Shown here piece by piece: positions 6,030-15,423 of a stretch of 31,079 nt of DNA. The notes beneath the pieces were generated by a model. The model did not search any database. It saw only the letters and a program-made list of their open reading frames with translations, and was not told the origin of the DNA. Source of the DNA: a virus (Duplodnaviria; Caudoviricetes); the IMG/VR virus record IMGVR_UViG_3300046811_000086, positions 1-31,079 of that record; one strand, 5' to 3'. Position 1 is the stretch's first letter. Each line of letters opens with the position of its first letter. Both the position numbers and the translations under genes were made by a program.

Positions 6030-6261
6030 TGGTTTTTCTAGGAAAAACGTGGATATTAGAAACAGCGGCCTACATTGCCCTGACGCCGGGGCAAGTAGGC
6101 CGTTTCCGTAAATTACTTAGGGAATTGAGCGAAAAGGTTGGTTGCGGGGGCGGGATTTGAACCCGCGACCTTTGGGTTATGAGCCCACAAGGTCGGCCCA
6201 AGATAGGCTCGTTTGCGCCTGTTTTCGCCAGATCCCGTTGGGGGCAAACTGGGGGCAAACT
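5991..6261. repeat. Putative integrase arm-type binding sites (GGGGCAAA repeats) flanking the att core
   Basis: GGGGCAAA at 5991 and 6004; inverted TTGCCC at 6075 and GGGGCAAG at 6088; tandem TGGGGGCAAAC x2 at 6239-6260. Confidence 0.7.
6139..6187 (-). other. attP core: 3' half of initiator tRNA-Met (CAT), not a complete tRNA
   Basis: Minus strand TGGGCTCATAACCCAAAGGTCGCGGGTTCAAATCCCGCCCCCGCAACCA covers the anticodon arm (GGG/CCC initiator signature), T-arm and CCA end. Upstream sequence lacks the CGCGGGG acceptor strand and D-arm. Confidence 0.88.
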
Positions 6262-6282
6262 CTTGACACCTACCGGACTCGT

Positions 6283-7413
6283 CTACAGCGGCGTCCCGTC
6301 CGGCCGGCGCCCGCCGTTGCCGTAGCCACGCGCGACCATCCGGCCAGGCGAATTCCCGCACTCGTAACCCTTTAAATTCCCGATGTCCTCGTCGGCCAGG
6401 CGCTCGTCGCCGTCGTCGTCGTTGTTGTATTGGCAGGTCGCGATCGTCTCCCACACGCAGTAATCGATCGGGTGCCCGCGCCCGCTGTCGCCGAGTCCCC
6501 ACAGCCCGCCAGGCGCCAGGCGGTCCAGGCCATCCGTGACGCGCGCGGCCATCATGCCGGCCGTCCAATACGGATCGCACTGATAGCAGATGCCATCGAC
6601 CTTGCCGTAGTTCGCCTGCCAGAAGTCCGTCGGCGTTTCGTGGTTCTCTTGCCAGCTGATGTAGTGCGGGTAGAAGTGCAGCATGATCAGGCAGCGCGTG
6701 CCGATGAGCGCGGCGTCGTGGTCGATCATCTGGCGGCAAACGCTCGGGCTCCAGTAGTTCATCTCCCAGGCTGGCGTTTCCACGTTCATGCAGCCTTCGG
6801 CCAACAGCCGCTCGATGAGCGCGTCCGGCGCGTGGAGCTCGGGCGGCGCGCTCCGCTGCTTCGGGAGCGGCGGCCGGCGGAAGCGTTCCTTTAGGAGGTT
6901 CAGCGTCGGGTCGCGCGGCGCCGACTTCCCCATCGACGGCGTGTAGTACTTGCTGCGCATCAAGTGATGCACGAACAGTCCGGCCTCGCGGCAGCGGACG
7001 GCCATCCGCACGTAGTCGTCTTCGCTCTGGCCGTTCGCGAAGCTGTCCTGCGGCGACAATGAAATGTGCGTGTAGCCATACGACGTGTAGCGCGCCAGGA
7101 TTTCCGGCTCCCACGTCGTGCCGTAGCGGTCGAGAAAATATGTGAGCACGCGATCCTGCGCCGGTCCATCGGCGCCGCCTGGCACGCGCGGCAGTCCCGG
7201 CACGGTCAGTCCCCAGGCATCGCCGCGCCACCAGCGCACATGGGCCGTCGCCGGCGGCTCTTCGCGGAGTGTCGTATACACCGGCAATGGCGCCCCGGTG
7301 TCGGGGTCGGTCGTGTCCGTATCGAAGGGCGGCAGCGGCGGGCGCACGACGATGATCGGCGGCGGCGGGACTGGCGACGACAGCAGCGGCCAGGTGTGCG
7401 CGTAGCCGGTCAT
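6283..7413 (-). CDS. Putative TIM-barrel glycoside hydrolase-like protein, 376 aa (possible lysis enzyme)
   Basis: Alternating beta/alpha pattern (GYTHISL, AGLFVHHLM, AWEMN, LHFYPH, VDGICYQ, CVWET) after a Pro-rich N-terminal linker; last gene of the late operon. Function is inferred. Confidence 0.45.
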   Translation of the reverse strand: MTGYAHTWPLLSSPVPPPPIIVVRPPLPPFDTDTTDPDTGAPLPVYTTLREEPPATAHVRWWRGDAWGLTVPGLPRVPGGADGPAQDRVLTYFLDRYGTTWEPEILARYTSYGYTHISLSPQDSFANGQSEDDYVRMAVRCREAGLFVHHLMRSKYYTPSMGKSAPRDPTLNLLKERFRRPPLPKQRSAPPELHAPDALIERLLAEGCMNVETPAWEMNYWSPSVCRQMIDHDAALIGTRCLIMLHFYPHYISWQENHETPTDFWQANYGKVDGICYQCDPYWTAGMMAARVTDGLDRLAPGGLWGLGDSGRGHPIDYCVWETIATCQYNNDDDGDERLADEDIGNLKGYECGNSPGRMVARGYGNGGRRPDGTPL

Positions 7414-7709
7414 ACGTTCGGAATCTCGTCGCTGTAGGGCAGCAGATAGACCGGGCCGGCGTCGCCAATCGGCGCATAGACCAGACGGTCGACCTTGAGC
7501 ACCGCGAGCTCATACGGGCCTTGCGCGCCGGCGGGCCGCGTCTCGAGCGTCCCATCCGGCTGCACGCTGAGCACCGTCGTCGCGCCGGCGGGATACGTCA
7601 CCGTCACGAGCTCGTCATTGATGCGCGTGATCTGATGTGGGCCGATCGCGAGCACCGCGGTGGCGCCGGTCGACGTGGTGCGAGGCGCCGCCGTCTTCGA
7701 CTCAGGCAT
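7410..7709 (-). CDS. Hypothetical protein, 99 aa
   Basis: AGGAG RBS upstream; ATGA coupling to 6283-7413. Confidence 0.7.
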   Translation of the reverse strand: MPESKTAAPRTTSTGATAVLAIGPHQITRINDELVTVTYPAGATTVLSVQPDGTLETRPAGAQGPYELAVLKVDRLVYAPIGDAGPVYLLPYSDEIPNV

Positions 7710-7720
7710 ACCGACTCCTT

Positions 7721-8989
7721 CTACCGCTCCGACGCGGCCATCGCATCGGTGCTCTTCTTAAACGCGGCGTCGCTGCGATAGAGCCCCGCCCGCCGCGCCC
7801 GGTTGCGCATCACGTTGGCGATCATCTCTGGCGTCAGCTTCTTGATCTTCAAGGCAGGATTCAGCCCCAGGTCCTCCACGTCGGCCACCGTGAGGCCTGG
7901 CGTGGCCGAGGGGACGCCGCGGCGGCTTTTCGAGGCCGGGATGTTCCCCTCCACGTCGACCTGCTCCGGTCGTGGTGCCGCGGCTTCGGCGACGGACGCG
8001 GCCGGCGCCTGCCGCAGTTTCACGAGCGCCTCGAGCACAGCCTCCGGCGGGTTGCCGGCGATGACGTGCGGCACCATCACGTCGAGCTCGGCCTTCGTGA
8101 CAGGGATCCGTGCGCGGGCGGCGGCTTGGATCAGCGCACTCTGGGCGGCCTGCACGGGCGCGGGCGGCGCGGGTGAGGCAGGCGCAGGCGCAGGGGCCGG
8201 CGCGCTCTGCACGGGCGCAGAGGCCGCTGGCGGGGGTTCTACGGGCGGTGCCGCGCCCGGTGCCCATCGGGTGGCAGTTGCCCCTGGAGGGCCAGCCGGC
8301 GGCGCCTGCGGTGGCTGGGGTTGCACGACGCGGTAGCTGGTCTGTGTCGGGGGCACCTGTCCCGGTGTCGCGCCGGTGGTGGTCGTGGGTGAAGCGGCAC
8401 CGCCCACCGGCGGCGGCACCACGCGATACGACGCATTAATAGGCGGCGTCTCGCCAGGCGTCAGGCCGGTGCCGGTCGCACGCGAATTGATCGGGGTGGG
8501 TTCTGCGGCGGATGTGGTCGTCTTCGTCGCGCCGCCCCCGCGATACAGAGAAATGGCCTGCGCGGCGAGCACGGCCAGCGGCGTCGGCACCCCCATCGAC
8601 GTCAAGGCGGTTTTCGCGAGTTCGTATTTCACCGTGGGCGCGAGTTGCGCCGCCGCTTCGACCGCACCCGCGACAGCGCCTGTCCCACGGACCGCGCCGA
8701 CAATCGCGCGCCCTGCCTGCCCAGCACCTAATGCCATCTCCGGCGAGATGCCAATGCCGAACGCCTTCACCATGTCGCGATCGGGGCTGGCGTTGGGGTC
8801 TGGCTGGTTCACCGCGTGCTGAAATTCAAAAAACTTCTGCGCCTCGTCTGGCCGCAGCTTCGCCGCGAACTGTTGTCCTTGCTGCCGCTGGCTCGCCTCG
8901 CTCGACGTCAGCAGGTCATAAATAAACTTGTAGTCGCTCGGGCCGAGTGTGACGTCGGGCGGCGCGGCAGGTTCAGGCACGGGTCGCAC
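7721..8989 (-). CDS. Putative internal virion/ejection protein, Pro/Ala-rich, 422 aa
   Basis: AAGGAG RBS before the GTG start; follows the other ejection-protein genes; low-complexity composition. Confidence 0.6.
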   Translation of the reverse strand: MRPVPEPAAPPDVTLGPSDYKFIYDLLTSSEASQRQQGQQFAAKLRPDEAQKFFEFQHAVNQPDPNASPDRDMVKAFGIGISPEMALGAGQAGRAIVGAVRGTGAVAGAVEAAAQLAPTVKYELAKTALTSMGVPTPLAVLAAQAISLYRGGGATKTTTSAAEPTPINSRATGTGLTPGETPPINASYRVVPPPVGGAASPTTTTGATPGQVPPTQTSYRVVQPQPPQAPPAGPPGATATRWAPGAAPPVEPPPAASAPVQSAPAPAPAPASPAPPAPVQAAQSALIQAAARARIPVTKAELDVMVPHVIAGNPPEAVLEALVKLRQAPAASVAEAAAPRPEQVDVEGNIPASKSRRGVPSATPGLTVADVEDLGLNPALKIKKLTPEMIANVMRNRARRAGLYRSDAAFKKSTDAMAASER

Positions 8990-8993
8990 TCCT

Positions 8994-10619
8994 TCAGGGG
9001 CGATTCAACAGTCCTTGCACGTTCGGCGGCGTGGCGACCGGTTGCGTCGGCCCAGCTGGTTGCACCGGCACGCTGCGGTTGCGCACCACGATCGAGTTCT
9101 CCACGTTGTCGAGCAGCGTGGTGATATTCGCCACTTTCTGCCGCGCGACACCGACCGTGTCGGTCAGCTTCGGAATGTCGTTTTCGATGGCCTGCGCGAT
9201 TTCGGCTTGATTGATACGTAAGCCTTTCGAGCCTGCCGTCGCGCGCAAGGTGTTAATGGCCGCGGTGCGCCACGAGCCGAATGCGGCGATTTGTTCGTTC
9301 GTCTGAAAGATGTCGGCCATCCGTTTATTGATCCAAGCGCCAGGACGACCGCCGGCACTCTCTGGGAGGATCGATTCAATTTGCGACAAGATGGCGCGTT
9401 GATTCGCCCGCGCGTTATCCACTTCCTGCAGGGCGCCCGCCTGCTCTTTGTTGATGATGGGAATCCCCGCAGCGCCTGCGGCAGTGACCGCTTTCTCATG
9501 CGCGCTGCCGGTATAGGTCGAACCGTCCAGATACGTCTTGCCGGTCGCGGTCGTCTGGATATTCGGCGAAATGTCGAGCGGCTTGGCATCCTCCCGTAGT
9601 TTATCCAGCCGTGCCTGCGCTTCATTCACGCTCAGTTTTTTCAGTTCAAGGGCGAGCGCCGCAGCGGCGGGATCTTGTCGGGCCAGTGCCGCCGTCCGCA
9701 TGGTCTTGCTGATGTTCTCGATGGCCTGCCGATCCCCTTTCGTAACCGCCTCGAGCAGTTGTTCGGCAATGGGCCGCGGGGTCTGTGGTTTCAAGATCCC
9801 CATCGCTTTGACGGCATCCGGATCGCCTTGGGCCGCTCTCAACGCGAGTTCTGATTCAGTGGGCGGCTTCGGCTTGACGGTGTATCCCGGCAACGGCCCG
9901 AACGTGGTCGTCCCGCCGCTGCGTTGGGACACAAATGGTGTTGAGCCCTCCGGAATCAGTGTGATCTTCGGTTCGCCGGCTGCGCGTGCTTCTTTCGATC
10001 GGCTGATCCATGCATCGGCCTGCTGGCCCATGAAACCCGGTTGTTCGATGGCGTTTCTCAACATCTGCGGTGCGGCGGCCTTATCGATTAATCCACGCTT
10101 CTGTCCTTCGGCCACAATCATCTGAAACGTGCCGAGGTCGGTCGGGTTCTGCTTTACTTGCAGGCCGAATTCGCCGAGCGCATCGTCTCTGGTAGTTGCC
10201 AGTTTCATCTGCGCTTCGCGATAGGCGGTGCCAGCGGCATTCAGCCGCTGCGCCGCCGTCACGGCGTGCGCGACGACCCGCGGATCATGGTTCCCGGCCA
10301 TCTGTCCAATCTGTTCGGTGTCGAGATCGCCTTCTGGCGTCCGCGGCAACTGGCTGGCGAGCGCGTCGGCATCAGTCTCCAGTTGATTCGCCGCCAGTTT
10401 CTGCTGGCCGAGTGTCAGATTCTGCTGCCCGACTTGCAGGTTCTGCTGCATCTCCTGCTGCTTCAGCCGGTCCTGCTCCAGCTGCCGCTGCTGCTGTATC
10501 GCCTGCCCCGGAATCGAGGACAGATTGCGGATCAAGTCGGCGTAGATGTTGCCGCGCTGCAGCGCGCCGGCGGCGGCGGCGTTGCCCTTCGCAATCAGGA
10601 TGTCGGCAATGCTCGCCAT
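8994..10619 (-). CDS. Putative DNA ejection (internal virion) protein; start ATG 10619 (MASIADILIAKG)
   Basis: Gln/Ala-rich helical protein in podovirus ejection-gene position. ATG 10619 sits 4 nt after the upstream stop, whereas the track start 10709 overlaps that gene. Confidence 0.65.
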   Translation of the reverse strand: MASIADILIAKGNAAAAGALQRGNIYADLIRNLSSIPGQAIQQQRQLEQDRLKQQEMQQNLQVGQQNLTLGQQKLAANQLETDADALASQLPRTPEGDLDTEQIGQMAGNHDPRVVAHAVTAAQRLNAAGTAYREAQMKLATTRDDALGEFGLQVKQNPTDLGTFQMIVAEGQKRGLIDKAAAPQMLRNAIEQPGFMGQQADAWISRSKEARAAGEPKITLIPEGSTPFVSQRSGGTTTFGPLPGYTVKPKPPTESELALRAAQGDPDAVKAMGILKPQTPRPIAEQLLEAVTKGDRQAIENISKTMRTAALARQDPAAAALALELKKLSVNEAQARLDKLREDAKPLDISPNIQTTATGKTYLDGSTYTGSAHEKAVTAAGAAGIPIINKEQAGALQEVDNARANQRAILSQIESILPESAGGRPGAWINKRMADIFQTNEQIAAFGSWRTAAINTLRATAGSKGLRINQAEIAQAIENDIPKLTDTVGVARQKVANITTLLDNVENSIVVRNRSVPVQPAGPTQPVATPPNVQGLLNRP

Positions 10620-10623
10620 GATT

Positions 10624-12276
10624 TTATGTCCCTGCGGGCCGGCCGCTCGTGGTCGCCAACAATCCGCGATTCGCGACGGCGTTGTTCTGATTGAAGAAAT
10701 CCTGCACACCCGTCCGGTTGATGCCGTAGTTCGTCAGGTAGTCAGTCAACTGTCGCTGCTGATCCGCCAGATATTGCGCGTAGGTGTTCTGGTAGCTGTA
10801 TTGCGACGGATTCAGCACGTTGGCCTGATACTCGTTTTCGGCCTGCTGCCGGCCCGCGAGCGCGTTGTTCACCCCGCCCTGGAACGTGTTGTAATTGGTT
10901 TGATACGCGGCGAGCGCATTCGCGAAAGAGCCTTGCCCTTCATTGAAGTTTTGCTGCCGCGCGCCAAGGTCGAGCCCCGCCTGCGTCGCATACTGCCCGA
11001 AGTTTTGCTGCTGGCCCGCCAGCGCCTGATTGAACTGCTGCCCTTGTTCGGCGACGTTCTGACCGCGCGTCTGCAGCGACTGGTTGAACAAGTTGTTGTA
11101 TTCGTTGCTCGCGTAGTCTTGCGCCGCGCGCCCGAGCTCCAGCTGCGTGCCGCCGCTGAGAATGGAGCCACGGGCCGCGGCGCTGCGTTCGCGCGCCTGC
11201 TGGTCGAGCGCGAGCCGTGATTGAAAGCCGGGACTGTTCTGGAGGTCGGCCGCCGACGGGGCATAGAAGGAGGACCACGGCGTCACATTGCTGCCGGGTG
11301 GCAGCGTGACGGTTTCAGGGCCGTTCTCGCCGACCACCGCATTCCCGCCGCTGAAATTCTGCACGCCGGTCGCAAAGTGCGGCAGTGTCGCCGTCGGGTC
11401 GAACGTGTTGCCCGTTCTGAGGGCATCCGAAATCGCCGGCGGCGTGAACTGCCCGCCGGTCCACTGCCGCACCGCATAGGGCGTATTGAGCGCGGGGTCT
11501 TTCGCTGGTGCTTGGAAGTCCCCACCCTGCCATGTCGCGGGCGTGTAGGGCGTCTGCAGATTCGAGGGCACCGGCGGCGGCGTGTAGGCACCGCCCGTCC
11601 ACGGCTGCGACTGATACGGCGTGGTCGGCACGCCGTAGGCCGTCAGCGTGCCAGGCATCGCCCCACCACTGGCGCCGGCGAGGGCATAGTTCACGCCACC
11701 GCCACCGCCACCGCCACCGCCACCGCCGCCGCCGCTGTCTTGGAACCGCTGCACGGTGCCGTTACGCACACCGGCCGCGCCATCGCCGCGATTGATGCGA
11801 TCGAGCCAATACGCCCACGCCGAACCCGCGCCGTTCGGGTCGCTGGAGATTTTCTGATACCAGTATTCGGGGTCGTCCGTGCTGCCGGCATCGCTCAGCG
11901 CCTTCTGAATGCGCGACCGGAGGTCGCCGCCGCCACTCTGCGCGGCGTTGGCGGGATCATGGGCAGACGCGAACGCGTATTCGGACGGTGTGAGCGTCGA
12001 CACCGGCTGGCCGCCTTGCGTCCAAGTGCCCACTGGCGGCAACGTCGAACCCGCCGGCGCGGCACCGCCGCCGGTCGCGATCATCGGCGGTGGCTGATTC
12101 TGCTGAAACCAGTTCGTGTGCGCCTGCGCTTCCCCGCTCCCCTTGATCTGCGCCTCGATGCCGGCGAGGTCCGTCGCCCCGTAGCTGCCGTTAATCCAGC
12201 CGTTCGCCTCGTCCTGCGTGGCATCGCGACCTAGATACTTCTGGTAGAGCGCGTTGATTTGATCGTAGGTAGGCAT
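10624..12276 (-). CDS. DNA transfer/ejection protein (P22 gp7-like C-terminal region), 550 aa
   Basis: LQNSPGFQSRL...ERSAAARGSILSGGTQLELGRAAQDYASNEYNN matches the common SPGYQFR..SAAARG.L.SG...Y.Q.YA..EY motif of podophage pilot proteins. Confidence 0.7.
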   Translation of the reverse strand: MPTYDQINALYQKYLGRDATQDEANGWINGSYGATDLAGIEAQIKGSGEAQAHTNWFQQNQPPPMIATGGGAAPAGSTLPPVGTWTQGGQPVSTLTPSEYAFASAHDPANAAQSGGGDLRSRIQKALSDAGSTDDPEYWYQKISSDPNGAGSAWAYWLDRINRGDGAAGVRNGTVQRFQDSGGGGGGGGGGGGGVNYALAGASGGAMPGTLTAYGVPTTPYQSQPWTGGAYTPPPVPSNLQTPYTPATWQGGDFQAPAKDPALNTPYAVRQWTGGQFTPPAISDALRTGNTFDPTATLPHFATGVQNFSGGNAVVGENGPETVTLPPGSNVTPWSSFYAPSAADLQNSPGFQSRLALDQQARERSAAARGSILSGGTQLELGRAAQDYASNEYNNLFNQSLQTRGQNVAEQGQQFNQALAGQQQNFGQYATQAGLDLGARQQNFNEGQGSFANALAAYQTNYNTFQGGVNNALAGRQQAENEYQANVLNPSQYSYQNTYAQYLADQQRQLTDYLTNYGINRTGVQDFFNQNNAVANRGLLATTSGRPAGT

Positions 12277-13394
12277 TACGGCTGCCCCATCGTGGTGTAG
12301 TGGTTGCCGATGACCGTCGCGCCGAGTTGTTGATAGTGCGCCACCTGGCCGCTGGGGATATCCTGCTCGGTGCCGTCAGGCGCCTTCATTCGCACGGTCG
12401 CGCTCTGCTGCGTGCCACCGGGCGGTTGCACTGGCGGGACGACCGACGCGGCGGGACCGCTGCTCGGTTGCGGCGTCGGCGGCGCGACGCTCGAGCGCGC
12501 CGGGAAGCCGCCCGAGGCGCTCGGCTGCGCCATGTATTGCGCCTCGCGGGAGTTGGCCTCGAGACCCGCCTGGTTGTAGGGCGCCAACCTGCCGAGATAG
12601 TCCCCGTATTGATTGCGGTTGTAGGTCTGCTCTTCCTGTGCCACCTTCAGCGCAGCATCGAACTGCGCCTGCTGCTGTTTCAGCGCCTCTTCGCTTGCAC
12701 CAGCTTGCTTGTTGGCCGCGTAGATATTGCCGAAGACGTTCGCAAGGGCCGGGATGGTGGTGTCCTTGCCCAGTAGTTTCGTCAGCCACGAGGTGGCGCC
12801 GCCACCCCCGCCGCTGTTCGCCGCGATGTCTGCGAGAGTGTTCCCTGCGGCGCCGACGTTGGGAATGGCACTGCCGCTCGCGAACAAGTCCTCGACCGTT
12901 GTCGCGGCGGCGGCCGTGCCGGCTCCCGCGCCGCCCGCCCCAGCCCCCTCCACGGCTGGTCCGAGGAATTCGGTCGATCCCCAGCCCCCCGTCGCGGCTG
13001 TTCCACCAGTGCCGGCACCGCCGCCGCCCAAGGCGGCACCAATCGCCGGCGCCGCGATCCCGGCACCGACGCCGCCCGCGGCGGCCACGCCGATCACATT
13101 CGCCCAATTCGTCGGGTTCTCCCACTGGCCCGTTTGCCAGTTCCACTTCATGCCCTGCTTGAAAAAGCCCTTATCCTGGCCGGCGCGGTCGCCCGATTGC
13201 GTGCCCGTCCCCGTGAACGTCCCGCTCGAATCGAACCACTCCTTGGGGTAATAAGTTTTCTGGCCGCGAATCATGCGCCAGTAGCGGCCCTGCGCGTCCT
13301 GATTGAAGTCGCGCAGGCTCAGGGGATGGCCCAGATTGGCGAGCCCTTCCGTCGTGAGCGGCGTGAGCCCCCACGGTTCCGTGTTCGTTGCCAT
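12276..13394 (-). CDS. Putative ejection/pilot protein, Gly/Ala-rich, 372 aa
   Basis: Gly/Ala-rich hydrophobic stretch and a QQQAQFD..Q..Y.....LAPYNQAG motif; TAATG coupling to the next gene. Confidence 0.6.
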   Translation of the reverse strand: MATNTEPWGLTPLTTEGLANLGHPLSLRDFNQDAQGRYWRMIRGQKTYYPKEWFDSSGTFTGTGTQSGDRAGQDKGFFKQGMKWNWQTGQWENPTNWANVIGVAAAGGVGAGIAAPAIGAALGGGGAGTGGTAATGGWGSTEFLGPAVEGAGAGGAGAGTAAAATTVEDLFASGSAIPNVGAAGNTLADIAANSGGGGGATSWLTKLLGKDTTIPALANVFGNIYAANKQAGASEEALKQQQAQFDAALKVAQEEQTYNRNQYGDYLGRLAPYNQAGLEANSREAQYMAQPSASGGFPARSSVAPPTPQPSSGPAASVVPPVQPPGGTQQSATVRMKAPDGTEQDIPSGQVAHYQQLGATVIGNHYTTMGQP

Positions 13395-13404
13395 ATCGCG
13401 GCTC

Positions 13405-13911
13405 CTAGTCCTGCGCCAGATAGGAAATGCTCAGCAGCATCGCACTCGTGTTGGTGAGATACGTGGGCGCATCCAGCACATTGGGGCCGACCGCCCCCCC
13501 CGCCGGCACGCCGGTGATCGCCACGGAGGTCTGCCCTGGGCTCAGAATCCCCCCGCACCAGCTAAGGGGGAGCGCCAGATTGAAATAGCCCACACTCGCC
13601 GACCACTGCGGAACCCCCACCGGGTGAATCTCAGCCTGAAACGGTAAGCCCTGCACCGAGATATAGCCGCTGACCGTGCCTTTCGCCGAGAGCCCGCATT
13701 GGGCCACGGCCACCACGAGTCGGCCGACTTTGATATAGCGGCCCGCCTGATAGCTATAGGTCTGGCCCGCCGTCGTCGTGTTGCCGCCCAGCACCGGCCG
13801 CCACGTCCCTTCCGTGTAGAGTTGATTGAAGTATTGCTGCCAGAGGTCGGACGTTACCAAACGACCTTCGGTCACCAACGGCGTTAACAGCGGCGGCACC
13901 GGCTTCCCCAT
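13405..13911 (-). CDS. Tail-associated structural protein, 168 aa
   Basis: EGTWRPVLGG...GRYIKVGRLV...ISVQGLPF is a motif common in phage tail-fibre domains; lies directly after the gp10-like gene. Confidence 0.6.
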   Translation of the reverse strand: MGKPVPPLLTPLVTEGRLVTSDLWQQYFNQLYTEGTWRPVLGGNTTTAGQTYSYQAGRYIKVGRLVVAVAQCGLSAKGTVSGYISVQGLPFQAEIHPVGVPQWSASVGYFNLALPLSWCGGILSPGQTSVAITGVPAGGAVGPNVLDAPTYLTNTSAMLLSISYLAQD

Positions 13912-15423
13912 TTAGAGTTGCCCCGTGCCGGGACTCGCCCGCAGGTAGAGTCCCGGCCCCCAGACACACGGCGCGGCGTTATTTTGCACAATCTGAAGCA
14001 CCAGCCGATCCGCCCGCGCGCGGCCCAATTGAAACCACTGGGCCACGGCTTGCCCATCGACCTGAAGGCCGATGGCGGCCGGCATGAACGGCGTCCAGCT
14101 TGCGGACGCGCCGTTATTGGGATTCAGCCGCAACATGACATTGGGCGCCGTCAGCCCGCCGAGCGACGCCTCGATCCCAAGCTCGATCTGCTGCAGAAAG
14201 AACCATTGATTCTCGGCACTGAGATACGGCGCGGTGCGGAGCCGAATGATCGGCTGTGTGGTGGAGGGCGTGCCTGGTAGTTGATCGGTGTAGGTGTCTA
14301 GCGACAACGTGCAGAGCCAGAACGAGTCCACCTGGCCGACCAACGGCGCCGCGAGTAAGCCTGACGCCGGGTTTGCGAACGCGCAACTGGCCCGAGCCGA
14401 CCACCGCAAGTATTGGAAGTCGCCGCCCGCCGCGGCCCAGGTGGCCCGCTGATGCCACGCCTCTTCCGTCAGGTCATAACACCACGTTTGCCCGCGGCCG
14501 CCATTCAGGGAGGGCCACGTCCAACAGATAAACACATGCCCGCGTTGCGTGTAGCTGAGTGCCTCGGCCTCCGCGATATTCGTGCTGGCAGAGATCGCGT
14601 AGCTAATAGGCGGCGTCGAAATCACGCGCGGCTGCAGGCCCGCGCCCGCAAAGATTTGCGCGTGCCCAAACTCTTTCGTGCTGCCCACCCAGAAGACGGT
14701 ATCGGCAATCGTCGTGATCGACTGATAACTGTTCGTGCCTTCGTTCATCACCGAGCCCGGAATCGGAATAAACGGAGTCGTGGCATCGCCACTATCCTGA
14801 AAGAGTTCCGTCGTCTTGCTCCCCAGCGCCCAGATCCGGCGGTTGTTGACCGCAAAGCCCACGAGGTTGTCGGAGGTCGAGGACCGGGTAAAGAAATCCG
14901 TCGCGGACCACGTGAGGCCATTCATCAGATTGGAAAACCACATCTTCGGCGTGTTCTTCTCGTTCGCCAGAAAATACCCGTCCATGTAGCCCACCATGAC
15001 GGGGACAAACGACAACGTCACCGTGGTCCAGACGGCCGTCGCGAGATTGAAGATGTAGAGCGTATTAGCCGAGCAGACCGCGAGTTGGTTGCCGCCCTGC
15101 CCATTACTGGCAAACGTCACGAGCAGCCCATCATTCGCGACCGGATGCACATTCGTGGTGGTCGTCGCGGGCCAGGCCCATTCAAAAAAACTACCGCCGG
15201 CCACGCCAAACACGCGCCCATCCTGACTGAAGAGCCCGCGGCAGTTCACGGCCGGCAACTGCACACCTTGCGAGAGTTGCCCAGGCGTGCCGTAGAACGT
15301 CGCGCGTTTGGGATCGGCCGCGTTGCGCGTCGTTTCAAGAAAAATATTGATGCAGTTATCCGCCGCAATACTGGCCGATTGGGTGAAATACGCTTGACCG
15401 ACGAAATTCGGCCAGAGCGGCAT
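13912..15423 (-). CDS. P22 gp10-like packaged-DNA stabilization / tail hub protein; start ATG 15423 (MPLWPNFVGQAY)
   Basis: About 503 aa with beta-propeller-like repeats (YGTPG, VGYMDGYF, IWALGSKTTE, TWCYDLTEEAWHQR); TGATG coupling with 15423-15692. Confidence 0.75.
   Translation of the reverse strand: MPLWPNFVGQAYFTQSASIAADNCINIFLETTRNAADPKRATFYGTPGQLSQGVQLPAVNCRGLFSQDGRVFGVAGGSFFEWAWPATTTTNVHPVANDGLLVTFASNGQGGNQLAVCSANTLYIFNLATAVWTTVTLSFVPVMVGYMDGYFLANEKNTPKMWFSNLMNGLTWSATDFFTRSSTSDNLVGFAVNNRRIWALGSKTTELFQDSGDATTPFIPIPGSVMNEGTNSYQSITTIADTVFWVGSTKEFGHAQIFAGAGLQPRVISTPPISYAISASTNIAEAEALSYTQRGHVFICWTWPSLNGGRGQTWCYDLTEEAWHQRATWAAAGGDFQYLRWSARASCAFANPASGLLAAPLVGQVDSFWLCTLSLDTYTDQLPGTPSTTQPIIRLRTAPYLSAENQWFFLQQIELGIEASLGGLTAPNVMLRLNPNNGASASWTPFMPAAIGLQVDGQAVAQWFQLGRARADRLVLQIVQNNAAPCVWGPGLYLRASPGTGQL

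Noticed and set aside
6042-6051. Ungapped concatenated NN strings match GAAAAACGTG (6042-6051), CATCCGAGGC (3658-3667) and AACTATTGA (3550-3558)
   Set aside because: Matches of 9-10 nt that do not extend are expected by chance across 62 kb of both strands. The skip-one decoding gives longer, codon-coherent matches.
6139-6215. Complete tRNA-Met gene
   Set aside because: The 5' acceptor strand and D-arm are absent; only the 3' half is present, as expected for an att core.
6113-7555. 480-aa minus-strand ORF, and other long shadow ORFs such as 16348..18216 +, 14413..15672 + and 26081..27187 +
   Set aside because: Arg/Ala-rich alternative frames overlapping well-supported genes, typical of high-GC DNA.
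11695-11735. (GCCACC)n tract, superficially like the RCC arrays; also the (CTG)n tract at about 23730-23749
   Set aside because: Period 3/6 and in frame: these encode poly-Gly and poly-Gln linkers.
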